Positions 21,099-31,084 of a stretch of 64,000 nt of DNA are shown one piece after another (positions within the stretch are counted from its first letter, which is position 1; the number at the start of each line of letters is the position of its first letter). Both the position numbers and the translations under genes were made by a program. The notes below the pieces were generated by a model that saw only the letters and a list, made by a program, of their open reading frames with translations, ran no database searches and was not told the origin of the DNA. Origin of the DNA: Candidatus Bathyarchaeota archaeon (GTDB lineage Archaea > Thermoproteota > Bathyarchaeia > Bathyarchaeales > Bathycorpusculaceae). Location of the stretch: NCBI GenBank assembly GCA_963777155.1, contig CAVZPM010000039.1, positions 1-64,000 of the forward strand, in the 5' to 3' direction.

Positions 21099-21709
21099 GC
21101 TACCTTCTCCTTTTCATTAAACTGAATATTTGCTCTGCAATTCTTACAGCCACTTGTCATGTATTCTTCAAACTTCATGGTCACTTTTGGCTGCAATCCA
21201 TTTATGACTCCTTCGTCAGTAGCACTCAAAACTTCACAGGTTAGCTTGGAATATTGTTCAGCTAACGCACATTTGTTAATGATTGCTGTTGAGTTTGAAT
21301 TATCAGTCGTTTCTAAGTGGAACTCTATTCCCAAGACACGATAGAGGATTTTGGCTGCTTTAATCAAATCTTTTCGGTTATCGCTGACTCCAAGCTTGCT
21401 GCGGGTTTGTTTGCCCAGATTCTTTCCAGCCAGAAACATAGCTTCTCTACCCAATTTGACCGCTTCTTCCCGTCCCAAAGTTGCCACTAACTTTTCAATT
21501 AATTCTGTGTGAGTTTGAGCCATATTTGCTCTCTGCTCTTTAACGGTTCCAGAGGTCTGCTGTTTTGTGTAGACATTGACTTCTTGAGGAGAGTATCGTG
21601 CAAGTATAACTCGTAGTGCTGTGATTGTTTGGTTAGATACGTTTGCGAGTTCTCTGCGGATTATGAAATTTGGAGTCCACCAACCCAAAAAAAGTAATCT
21701 AAGCCCCAC
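21095..21709 (-). CDS. L-2-amino-thiazoline-4-carboxylate hydrolase-like (V4R/H-NOX-like fold) protein
   Basis: LGREEA..G, spaced Cys pattern (KCAL, TCE..D, GCKNC) typical of the family. Confidence 0.6.
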   Translation of the reverse strand: MGLRLLFLGWWTPNFIIRRELANVSNQTITALRVILARYSPQEVNVYTKQQTSGTVKEQRANMAQTHTELIEKLVATLGREEAVKLGREAMFLAGKNLGKQTRSKLGVSDNRKDLIKAAKILYRVLGIEFHLETTDNSNSTAIINKCALAEQYSKLTCEVLSATDEGVINGLQPKVTMKFEEYMTSGCKNCRANIQFNEKEKVA

Positions 21710-21711
21710 GT

Positions 21712-24514
21712 CTATTCACCTGGCTTCTCCACTCCACCTACATGTAATTCGCCCTCAGGGACGGCTCCAGTGTATAGCGATTCAATAATTTCTTTATATT
21801 TTTGAGAAATAACGATCCGTTTCAGTTTGAGGTTTGGTGTCAACTCCCCGTTTTCAATGCTTAAGTTGTTGGGAAGTATTGCCCACCTTTTTATTTTCTC
21901 TGGGTTTGAGAGGCGCTTATTCATCTCTTCCATGGCTTGATCGATAGAAGCGAGGGTTGATTGGTCATAGTGTTTTTTGTCTACCCACGCCAACGCGGAG
22001 CAGTATGGTTTTGACTCACCTATCAACATGGCTTCGGTAACTTCAGGTAGCTCTCTTATCATTCCTTCAATTTTTCCAGAATAGATACATTTGCCATAAG
22101 AAGTCTTAATCAGTTCTTTTTTGCGCCCATATATGATGAGGCTTCCTTCATCGCTTAATTTGCCGATGTCGCCTGTCATTAGCCAGCCATCTTTGAACGG
22201 TGGCTCCAAGTGACTTGTCAAAGTAGCCCACAGTGACCTGTGGACCCTTAACCATTATCTCCCCATCTTCAGCTATCTTTACTTCCGTGAAGGGCATCGG
22301 TTCGCCCACTGTACCTATCCTATTTCTTCCCAGTCGATTTATCGTGACCAATGGTGCTTCGGTCATTCCATACGCATTATGGATTTCTATACCAAGTTTG
22401 CGGTAGTTTTCAAGGAGGTCTTCATCACAGCTCGCAGAACCTGCTATCAGTTGTGTACATTTGTTCAAGCCTGCTCGTTTAAGTGTCATATTTCTAAGAA
22501 CCCTTCGGATTGCTCGCTTGAGCAGGGTACTCTTTGTTTTAATGTAGAATCTTCCAAATGGATTCTTCTCCAAAGCTTCCCAGACTTTTTCGTAAATGCG
22601 CGGAACCGAAAAGAAGACAGTAGGTCTAACAAGAGGCAGTTCGTCTTGTAATTTTCTAAAGTCTTCCAAGAAATAGATCTCTACAGGTGCTGGGATGTAA
22701 TATGGTGAGTAAGTAGCAAGAATTCCTTCAACCACATGCCCCATCGGTAAGAATGATAAGTACTTGGAAGGACGGTTTCTTGCTTGCCAGGATGTTATCG
22801 CCACTGTTGATTCAGCCATGTACCGGAGGTTGGCATGTGTAAAAATAGTTCCTTTAGGTTTGCCTGTTGTTCCAGACGAATACCTGAGAGTCGCTATGTC
22901 TGCAAAGCCTACTGGAGCCTTTATCTGGGCTGTCTCATCTTTTCCTTTAGCCAGGAACTCTTCCCAGGAAACAACAGTTCTTTGAGTATCCGTTGGTACT
23001 GGCACTCTGCAGATAGAGACTATTGACACGTCAGGAGAAAGCTCCTTAATCCGCGACAACAAGCTTGGCATTCCAATGAAGAAGAGTTTCGCGCCACTCG
23101 CTTTCAAAACATCGTTAATGTCTGCAGGCGGTGTGGTATAGTAGAGCGGAACGCTTACTGCACCCGCAAGCCCTATTGCTATGTCCACGGCCAGGTATTT
23201 TGTGCTGTTTAAGCCTGTTAATGCCACTCGGTCGCCAGCAGCAATCCCATAAGCTTTGATTGCACTGGTTGCAGCTAAAATGTCCTGGTACATCTCTTCA
23301 GCTGTTTTCTTCACTCTTTTGCCTTCGATCAGATCAAAGTAGGTAACTGGGTGGCTTTTTCTTTCTAATCTAAAGAGGACCTGTTCGTGCACAGTGCGGT
23401 TTGAGCGGTGGAAGAAACTGTTGTAGACTGCGTAGTCAAGCATTTTAGGCAGTATTTCTTGCCATTTGAAGTCGTAAGGTCCGAGGAGGGTGTCTAGGTT
23501 GTCTCGGTTGAATTGGCGGTTTTCGCTGAAGTATGGGGATAGAGCGATAAGTGCGTCTGAGATTCGGCGGTCTCCTGTGAATGCGCGTTGGAGCTTCAAG
23601 GCAGTTTTCATCGAAGAAGAAGACATTGATAGGCAAATTGGGCTTGGTAGTTTGCAAGCCAATTCGGTTTTTGCCCATTTCTGCACGAAATCTAAGAGTT
23701 CTCCAAGTTTTGGCAGAGATTCATACGGAGCAACTACATGAAAGGTTTTTCCTTCTGCTTTAGGCTCAAAAGTTAATTGTGCAACCGTTTTAGCCACATA
23801 ATCGACAGGTACCACATTGATTCTTAATGAGCGGCTTACTGGCATAAGTCGCATTTTGCCCGTTAGGTAAAGACGCAAGGGGAAGTAAAAGGTGTTGAAT
23901 GTTTTTATGGAGCCTGTCTTTGAATCGCCTATGACCATTGAAGGGCGAAAGATGGAAATGGCAAATTCCTCTTTTGCAGCTTGTACTAAACGTTCGCCTT
24001 CGTACTTGCTGCGTTCATAATCGGTAAAAAATCCATATTGGTCCGTTAATTGTTCTTCTGATATAGTTCCAGTTGCGGCTCCCGCTACATAGGCAGTGGA
24101 AACGTGGGATAGACGTTCTAAGCGGTGGTGCTTGTTAGCTTCTTTGGCAAAAGCAATTACGTTCGTTGTTCCCTGGACGTTCGTTTTTCTGAGTTCATCG
24201 AGCGGAAGGAGGCGCCAGTCGGCTGCAGTGTGAATAATGTGTGTTACTCTTTCAGCATTTTCAGTATATTCTTTTCTGTCTAAACCGAGGTTTGGTTGGC
24301 AAACATCGCCATTAATAACGTGTATTCTTGTTCCTATAGCTTTGATTAGTTCGGGGTAATCCCACCACTCCCTCGATAACTTAACTTGAGAATCTTGTTG
24401 GTCGCTGGTTCTGACGAGGGCAAGAATCGTAACACCCTCGTCGGCGAGGAGGTTTCGGGCGATTTGGGTAGCGATGAATCCGTTTGCGCCCGTTAGAAGC
24501 ACTGTTTTGTTCAT
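21712..24514 (-). CDS. fusion of thioester/fatty-acyl reductase (extended SDR) and long-chain acyl-CoA synthetase; frameshift near 22206
   Basis: TGANGF, HVSTAYV, YERSK, RPSMV, then SSGTTGKPKG, YGMTEA, TGDIG, LTPNLKLKR; removing one G joins the two ORFs. Confidence 0.85.
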
Positions 24515-25737
24515 TCAAGCCACTCTGGAAAGTTTTTTTCTAGGAAGGCTCTGAATAGTTGTGAGTTACGCTTCTCGCGTTCTCGGTACTGCTCATATCC
24601 CTTCTTAAGTTTGTCCTTAAATGAATCGTAATGGTCGAAAATGTCGCCAACGTCATTACTAAGTTCCCAAAATCTGAGTGGATCTTCATGATCCGTGAAT
24701 AGCTCACTAATCTCCAGGTCAGCGTAGAGATCTCTGATCCTAAGGTCATGCCCTATTGCAGTTTGAGGAACATAGTTTGGAAGGGAAAGCACTGCTGCAT
24801 GGTATCTCGACGTAATTAGCAAATCTAAACTCCTGAGTACGCTGGTCATTTGAGAAGCATTGTACTCTATTGAAGTAAATACTTTGGTTCGTTCAGGGTG
24901 CTTCATCAATCCTTGAACTTTTTTAGCGAAGCTTGCATCCAAACCCTCCAAGCTTAGAAGAGCAATATCCTTGTCCTGCTCCATTATGATATCGTCAGCC
25001 TGCACAGCCAACACTTTGGCGAGAACGTCGCTTTTTTCAAGGCTTGCCTTAGAGTGTGTGTAGTAGTATGGCCATCTGTAGCAGTACTTTTTTCGATCCC
25101 AAAGTCTGATGTGAACAGGCCATACGTAAATGTCTTCAGCTGCCACCCCTACCACGTGAGATGCTTCGGGCCAAACACGTTTGAGGAGGTCGTGGTCTTG
25201 AGGGTTGGGTTGAAATGCGAAGGCATTGTCGGCTGTGACTTCGATTGGAGCCGTTACACCCCATTTCTTGAGTCTTTCAGCAGCTGACTTAGTCCTTGCC
25301 AATATAAGGTTAGTTTTGCTGGCTTCTCGTCGAATTAGCCAGCTGTTGAAACGGCTGGCGGTTCCTGCATCTACTGAGTAGGCTATGCACGGTTTCTTCA
25401 TGGAGTGCGCGTATCTGGTCGCGAGTAAATAGTACCAGAGGAGGGCTGAGCCCCAAGTATCCATATAGCAACTCCCTTCAACGAGCATGATCAAGTCGTT
25501 TTCTTTGACCAATCTTCTGATGTCCAGGAAGAACAGCGAAGGCCTAATGGGTTCAATCTTGAGCGTTGGGCTTTCTGTTAAGTATCTGCGAAGATTCGCC
25601 TCGTTCAGAGAAGGCACGGTTATACATGCGTCTGGACCCAGAACTGAACGTATCTCGTTGATACTTACGAGTAGTTTAGCTTCTGCCCCTGTGTTGTTTG
25701 CTCCATTATAGCCAACCAGCAAGACTCTCGGCTTCAT
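24511..25737 (-). CDS. polysaccharide pyruvyl transferase family protein
   Basis: GYNGANNTGAE, ART..S, TADNAF, TSRYHAAV. Confidence 0.8.
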   Translation of the reverse strand: MKPRVLLVGYNGANNTGAEAKLLVSINEIRSVLGPDACITVPSLNEANLRRYLTESPTLKIEPIRPSLFFLDIRRLVKENDLIMLVEGSCYMDTWGSALLWYYLLATRYAHSMKKPCIAYSVDAGTASRFNSWLIRREASKTNLILARTKSAAERLKKWGVTAPIEVTADNAFAFQPNPQDHDLLKRVWPEASHVVGVAAEDIYVWPVHIRLWDRKKYCYRWPYYYTHSKASLEKSDVLAKVLAVQADDIIMEQDKDIALLSLEGLDASFAKKVQGLMKHPERTKVFTSIEYNASQMTSVLRSLDLLITSRYHAAVLSLPNYVPQTAIGHDLRIRDLYADLEISELFTDHEDPLRFWELSNDVGDIFDHYDSFKDKLKKGYEQYREREKRNSQLFRAFLEKNFPEWLE

Positions 25738-25988
25738 TTACTAATACCCCATAGCCTATAGCACATAGGTTGTTTTTGAGCTTTTTTTACAATTTGCTGG
25801 GATTTTTACGTTATTCCTCAAGAATTGAATGTGATGGGGTGGAACCTAAAAGTATATCGTGTTTGCTCAGTTTCAAAAAAGAGTAGTTATAAAATGACAA
25901 GCTGAAAGTCCGTTCTTAAATTAAATACAGTATCAATTTTAATAACAAAAAAATAAGGAAAAGAAGAAAAGAAGTTGTTAAGCACTGT

Positions 25989-27089
25989 TTATCTGTGTAG
26001 TTTTAGAGGACCTAAGTGTTTTTCATTCTTTCTCAAGAATGCACTTTCTACCCCAGTTATGACAGCCATAACTGAAACACTGCCTTGCAGCTCTTTATCG
26101 ACTCTTGCTCCCCAGATAATCTTTGTTTTCGGTGGCAATGAACGTTTCATAATTTCAGCAGCTCGATTTACTTCGGTAAGCGTTAGATCTTCTCCGCCTG
26201 AAACATGAATAAGTAAGCCCTTCGCCTTTGTAACGTCTTCTATATCGAGTAAACGTCCGTTTAGCGCTTTTTCTGTTGCCATTTCGACTCTAGTCTCCCC
26301 TGTTCCTTCGCCGATGCCTATCGAAGCTAAGCCTGAACCTGTCATGATTGCTTTTAAATCGGCATAATCCATGTTTATTAGGCTTGCAGTTGTGATGGTT
26401 TCAGTTACACCTTTTACGAATTTACCGATGGTTGTGTTAGCCACGCCTAAGGCTTCTCTAAATGGCAAGTTTCCGGCAACTTTTACCAGGCGAGTATTGT
26501 CAATCACTACAACTGTGTCGCATGATTCTTTTAATCGATTTAAGCCCTTTTTTGCAGCAGCCATTCTTGCCGTTTCAACTTCGAATGGAAGAGTTACGAC
26601 GCCTACTATCAAAGGTGCCATTGGATTTCCAGCGGTCTTTCTTTTTAATGCATCAGCTAAGCCGACAATTGCTCCAGTTCCTGTTCCTCCGCCCAAGCCT
26701 GCGATCATGAATATAATGTTCGATCGTGATAGCTCATAGATGACTTCGTTGGCTGACTCGTATAGCGCTTTTTCTCCTACTTCTGGATAGCCTCCACTGC
26801 CGAGGCCTCTTGTCAATTTTTCGCCTATCAGGATTCTTTTGTCTGCTTTCGTTATCTTGAGATGTGTCGCGTCTGTGTTTACTCCTACCACTTTGCCTCC
26901 AGTGATTCCTTTGTCTTTAATCCATGTTATTACGTTGCATCCTGCGCCGCCAAGTCCAACAGCAACTACTGTTGGTGCTGCCATTTTTGCGAATTTTTCG
27001 ATTTTCTCTTCTTGTGTTTCCCTGTATGGTGTTTCTACAAATTCAAACGGTGCTGGTCCATTTTTTTCATTTTGTTCAGTTTCTGTTAT
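25989..27089 (-). CDS. ftsZ: cell division GTPase FtsZ
   Basis: GLGGAG, NTD, GLGGGTGTG, PF..E, INMDYAD; first ATG at 26984 but frame open to an ATA at 27089 with a GGGGGT SD-like motif. Confidence 0.9.
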   Translation of the reverse strand: MTETEQNEKNGPAPFEFVETPYRETQEEKIEKFAKMAAPTVVAVGLGGAGCNVITWIKDKGITGGKVVGVNTDATHLKITKADKRILIGEKLTRGLGSGGYPEVGEKALYESANEVIYELSRSNIIFMIAGLGGGTGTGAIVGLADALKRKTAGNPMAPLIVGVVTLPFEVETARMAAAKKGLNRLKESCDTVVVIDNTRLVKVAGNLPFREALGVANTTIGKFVKGVTETITTASLINMDYADLKAIMTGSGLASIGIGEGTGETRVEMATEKALNGRLLDIEDVTKAKGLLIHVSGGEDLTLTEVNRAAEIMKRSLPPKTKIIWGARVDKELQGSVSVMAVITGVESAFLRKNEKHLGPLKLHR

Positions 27090-27268
27090 TTTCTTACCCC
27101 CATTTTAACTGTATCGTAATACTCATTATACAATATATAAGGATTGTTAATCTGTATCCTGAATGTTTATTTGTAAAACAATAATGCAGAAGATGGTGTT
27201 ACCTGTTTCGTAATATACCTTATATATATTAATGAGCAACATAAACCTGCCAAAGGGGGCTTGAAAAA

Positions 27269-27676
27269 ATGAAAAGGATCAGACTACTTAAACAATTCAT
27301 GAATAATTATGTCGGAAAAGGATTAAAGCTAGTAATTAAGGACAAAGATGGCCACTTCAAAGTTCACACAATCGAGATAATGCAAAAGACAGATGATACA
27401 TGTCCTGTCAAAGATATTAAAATAGGCGATTACTTTTTACATTTATTAGCCACAAACCCGAATGGACAAGAGGCCTCAATTGTCTGTAATTGGACAGAGG
27501 ATCTTCTAAAAAATTTAATGCTCAACTACAAGGATGCTAAAGACGCTAACTCTTCTGAAATAACTATGTTCAAAGACCCCCTATCAACCGATTCAAACAA
27601 GTGGCTCCTTTCATGGAGCAATGATAAACTCGAAGAGCAAGAGCAAAAAAACGACCCAATACGTTACATTACCTAA
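27269..27676 (+). CDS. hypothetical protein
   Basis: 135-aa ORF with upstream TATA and GGGGG SD-like motif. Confidence 0.65.
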   Translation: MKRIRLLKQFMNNYVGKGLKLVIKDKDGHFKVHTIEIMQKTDDTCPVKDIKIGDYFLHLLATNPNGQEASIVCNWTEDLLKNLMLNYKDAKDANSSEITMFKDPLSTDSNKWLLSWSNDKLEEQEQKNDPIRYIT

Positions 27677-27874
27677 CCTATACTCTTCTTTCAATTCCTG
27701 ACCCTCTTTTCTAACAAAAAACCAAAATTAGACAATGGCACGTTTTTGAAAAAGATTCTTTCAATTCACTAAACTAAGTCAATAAACTAGCCCAAGTCGC
27801 CTCAAATCCCATGGGCGGTAAAAATATTTAAAATATCAAAAAGCACTCTATAGTTAGTAATCAACAGAAAAAGT

Positions 27875-28441
27875 CTATCCATAATAGTTAAGATCTTCAA
27901 CCAGATTCATCATAGCGAATCTTTCCGCCAAATTTCTGTCAGGTAAACAGCTGTCTTTTCTCATCCGTTTTAGTTCCATTTTTGTTCCATGCTTCAGAAG
28001 TTTTGGGGAAACCTTTCTTCCAGGTATTGGAAACCCTATTGTTTGCATTTTTAAAGGGTCTTCATGTGTTCTTATTGAAACATTTTTGTACCAGTTTTCT
28101 GCTGCATTTCTTGGTTTAGCGTTTCGCCAAGCGATTTTTTCATGTTCAATTTCTTCCTCAAATTCAGGGAATGCTGGAGAATTTTCATCAAGCATATGGC
28201 CGAGTTCATGTCTTATTATTAGTTTTGTCGTATTTGTCAGTTTACCAGCAACTATGTCTCGTTGAGCTGCAATTTTAATCTCTTTATCTGTAATTTCCGA
28301 TACTCCTCCAGTGTCGTAAGCATCAACAGCTTTTATCTCAAAACGTTCTAGTTTTTTAAGAGCTCGATCGCCGTACTCAGTCTCTAGAAAGAATTTTGCA
28401 TATTCTTTTATTTGGCTCTCTATGCTTTCTTTCGTCTCCAA
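27875..28441 (-). CDS. hypothetical protein with HExxH motif
   Basis: IRHELGH followed by E-rich segment. Confidence 0.6.
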   Translation of the reverse strand: METKESIESQIKEYAKFFLETEYGDRALKKLERFEIKAVDAYDTGGVSEITDKEIKIAAQRDIVAGKLTNTTKLIIRHELGHMLDENSPAFPEFEEEIEHEKIAWRNAKPRNAAENWYKNVSIRTHEDPLKMQTIGFPIPGRKVSPKLLKHGTKMELKRMRKDSCLPDRNLAERFAMMNLVEDLNYYG

Positions 28442-28635
28442 CTTCCTTCTCCTTTCTAAAATTAAAAACAGCTAAAATTCAATTAAATGGTTGTTTCATT
28501 TGTCACAATATTACGATTTTCGAAATATCCGATGAAGCAATAGGTGGGAAAGCTTGCAGGATTGTGAAAGATCTCGACAAACTTTCTAAAAAAAGAGAAT
28601 TCATGTTTACACAAAATAGGCTGTTTTCGTTAATG

Positions 28636-28812
28636 TGGTGGGGCCGGCCGGATTTGAACCGACGACCTTTACCCAGGAACAGCGCGAAGCTGAACCTTAC
28701 GGGTTTCTTCATGACCGCTCCGGAAATTCGTCATTCTCCTCGCGGAGTCAGCAAACCCGTTATATGTTTGCTTTCTGGAGCCCGTCGTCATACCTGTCTA
28801 GACTACGACCCC
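28636..28812 (-). tRNA. tRNA-Trp(CCA) with two introns (37/38, 70 nt; 43/44, 30 nt) and encoded CCA
   Basis: acceptor GGGGTCG/CGGCCCC, anticodon arm ACGGG-CT-CCA-GA-CCCGT, T arm GTCGG-TTCAAAT-CCGGC; introns at 28705-28774 and 28669-28698. Confidence 0.93.
28705..28774 (-). ncRNA. intron-encoded box C/D guide RNA
   Basis: ACGGGTTTG-CTGA (D'), hairpin CTCC-GCGA-GGAG, ATGACGA (C'); guides complementary to the tRNA's own anticodon arm. Confidence 0.7.
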
Positions 28813-29019
28813 ACCGTGCTAGGCAGTGACCATTAATTGAGCGGGCATCAATAAAAATATTTATGCAACGCAAACCCAAACCCTCCCAAACAACTTAACT
28901 TAAAAAACGTGATATTTACAATTCTTTTGTCTCTTTTGAAAGGATATTAAATGCAGACACAAGTTGGATTTACAGAAGTGTTTTCATCAAGTCAAATGGA
29001 ACTTAATTGCTGAAGCATA

Positions 29020-29460
29020 TCAGGTCTTGTTCCGTTTTTGCTCCATTACCTTCTTAGCCAGTGCCACAGCGTCTTCTCTCGTTTTACCAAACAGTGCTCC
29101 TATTCTGTCTGCGTCTTCTTTGGTGACTGCGGCACCGCCTATCATGACGACGACTTTGTCTTTTAGACCTTCTAGTTCTATTGCAGAAATCAATTTGGGC
29201 AGGTTATCCTTAGCAGCAGAAAGACCAATAGTAACGACTATGAGGTCGGCATTTACTTCTTTTGCCTTTGAAGCAAAAGTTGTTGGAGAAACGCCTTTTC
29301 CTACATCTACAGTCCTAAATTGAGCGGTCTTGAGTGATTTTCTAACCATCTCTTTGGCAGTGTCCATTATATCCGGATGAAGAGTACCCATAACGACTGT
29401 TCCAATTGGATTGACCGGTTCTGGTGGTTCTTTTTCTCTCATACCTTTTAACCAAGACAA
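29020..29460 (-). CDS. stand-alone cobalamin-binding domain protein (corrinoid-protein-like)
   Basis: VVMGT..D, VDVGKGV, VMIGGAAVT, ADRIGA. Confidence 0.8.
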   Translation of the reverse strand: MSWLKGMREKEPPEPVNPIGTVVMGTLHPDIMDTAKEMVRKSLKTAQFRTVDVGKGVSPTTFASKAKEVNADLIVVTIGLSAAKDNLPKLISAIELEGLKDKVVVMIGGAAVTKEDADRIGALFGKTREDAVALAKKVMEQKRNKT

Positions 29461-29526
29461 TTTAAAATCAAATCCTATATTCTAGAAAATGCCTCAAGTT
29501 TATTAACCGTCCTATACAAATTTAAT

Positions 29527-29970
29527 ATGGGTTTTTTCATGACAACAAGAAATATTTGGCTAAATCTGCCAGTAACAAATGTTAAGAAATCGAAGGATTT
29601 TTTTAAAGCGATAGGGTTCAAAATAAATCCAAGACACGAAAACGCCGAAGACGTGGCAAGCTTCCTCATCGGGGAGAACAATTTTGTGTTGATGCTCTTT
29701 CCCAATAATGTGTTTAAAACCTTTTCACAAAACGAAGTTGCAGACACAACAAAAGGCTCTGAAGTTCTGATTAATATTGATGCTCAAAGTAGAGAAGAGG
29801 TTGATGAGATGGCGAAAAAAGTTCGCGTTGCAGGTGGAAAAATCTTTGCTGAGCCTGGAGAATCGCAAGGCTGGATGTATGCTTTTGGGTTTGAAGATTT
29901 AGATGGACACCGTTGGATTATGCTTTACATGGATATGAGTAAGATGCCTGTAGCCTTAAACAATAGTTAG
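29527..29970 (+). CDS. VOC/glyoxalase family protein
   Basis: IWLNLPV, SREEVD, WMYAFGFEDLDGHRW. Confidence 0.88.
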   Translation: MGFFMTTRNIWLNLPVTNVKKSKDFFKAIGFKINPRHENAEDVASFLIGENNFVLMLFPNNVFKTFSQNEVADTTKGSEVLINIDAQSREEVDEMAKKVRVAGGKIFAEPGESQGWMYAFGFEDLDGHRWIMLYMDMSKMPVALNNS

Positions 29971-30108
29971 TCATCAAAATTAAAAGAGAATTACACTTAA
30001 ATTAAAGGTTAAAGAACTCTATTGCCATTCTTTTTCTAAATAGGGCTTCAAATCAGTTTCCAGAAATTAGGGTGTCGAAACCCCACCAATGCTACACCTT
30101 AACGAGAT

Positions 30109-30441
30109 CTAAGAAATGCTCGCAAAGTAAGATTCTTGTTCAACTATCTTCTTTTCTATTTTCCCTTTCATCTCTAATGCATTTAATCCTTTTAAAAGGT
30201 CTATTTTAAATTCATCTGATTTAGTCCAATAATCAAGGAGAAGGGGCTTGTTTTGGAATCCATCTTGAATGTCTTGAAAACTTAACCAAAGTTTTTGGTC
30301 ACTCTTCTTAGATCGTAAGATATCTAGCGTTACAGTTTCAATTAAGCATAGTTTCTGTTCTTCCTGTTTTTCAGGTTTTTCTTTTTTTCCTTGTTTTTCT
30401 GTTTGTCTAACTGTTTTTAGTTTATCGTTGTGTGTTGACAT
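30109..30441 (-). CDS. hypothetical protein (possible winged helix)
   Basis: 110-aa ORF ending LNALEMKGKIEK..YF. Confidence 0.5.
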   Translation of the reverse strand: MSTHNDKLKTVRQTEKQGKKEKPEKQEEQKLCLIETVTLDILRSKKSDQKLWLSFQDIQDGFQNKPLLLDYWTKSDEFKIDLLKGLNALEMKGKIEKKIVEQESYFASIS

Positions 30442-30575
30442 ATTGACAACTTCTAGATTTCAAATCTATATTGTATAATGTGTCTTAATATACTGATTGA
30501 TTGCTTGCTTAAAAGTTTTTATTTCGAGATTTGGATAAAATTCATAAACAAATTAGATTCTGCTAAGTTGCTCGT

Positions 30576-30842
30576 TCACTCAATAGATAATTTCTGTAAG
30601 AGAGAAAATCCAGTTAAGTGAATATGACTGTTGCACATGTTGCAGCAAATTACAAGTTCTTCCAAACCGTAACTATTGACTTTTGGTTCAAGAATGCGGT
30701 AAGTTTTTTCCGTTGTCTCGTCTGGCGAGATAATACTTCCACATCTTGGACATGAAAAGTCTCCGTTTCCTTCTATATTAGTCAAATTGAGTTTGTATGC
30801 TTGTTTTTGTTCCATTTCTCTTATACCATTCTTATCGTTCAA
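30576..30842 (-). CDS. small zinc-ribbon protein
   Basis: CPRCG and CNMC pairs. Confidence 0.65.
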   Translation of the reverse strand: MNDKNGIREMEQKQAYKLNLTNIEGNGDFSCPRCGSIISPDETTEKTYRILEPKVNSYGLEELVICCNMCNSHIHLTGFSLLQKLSIE

Positions 30843-31084
30843 TGTTTTAGTTTATAAAATTAAGTTGTTACAAAATGAAACAACATTCAGGCGATTTATT
30901 TTAGCTAAAGCATTCGAAAAAACATGGAGAATTAAGAAGCGAGGACATCAACAACGTTGATTTCTTTTTTGGAAAGGAATCTCAAAGCTTTCGGCTTTGT
31001 TCTGCTGTTGGCTGTTTGAGAGAAAGATTGAATCTTAATGTACGCACAATTTTAAAATATCTTATTGGTGTTTTATTGTTTGAA

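Noticed and set aside
28396-28836. ORFs overlapping the tRNA-Trp, and other antisense or shifted ORFs in the track
   Set aside because: Shadows of real genes or RNAs with no recognisable motifs
30068-30090. Second tRNA-end remnant (gggtgtcgaaaccccacca) as an att site
   Set aside because: Too short, and on the opposite strand to tRNA-Trp
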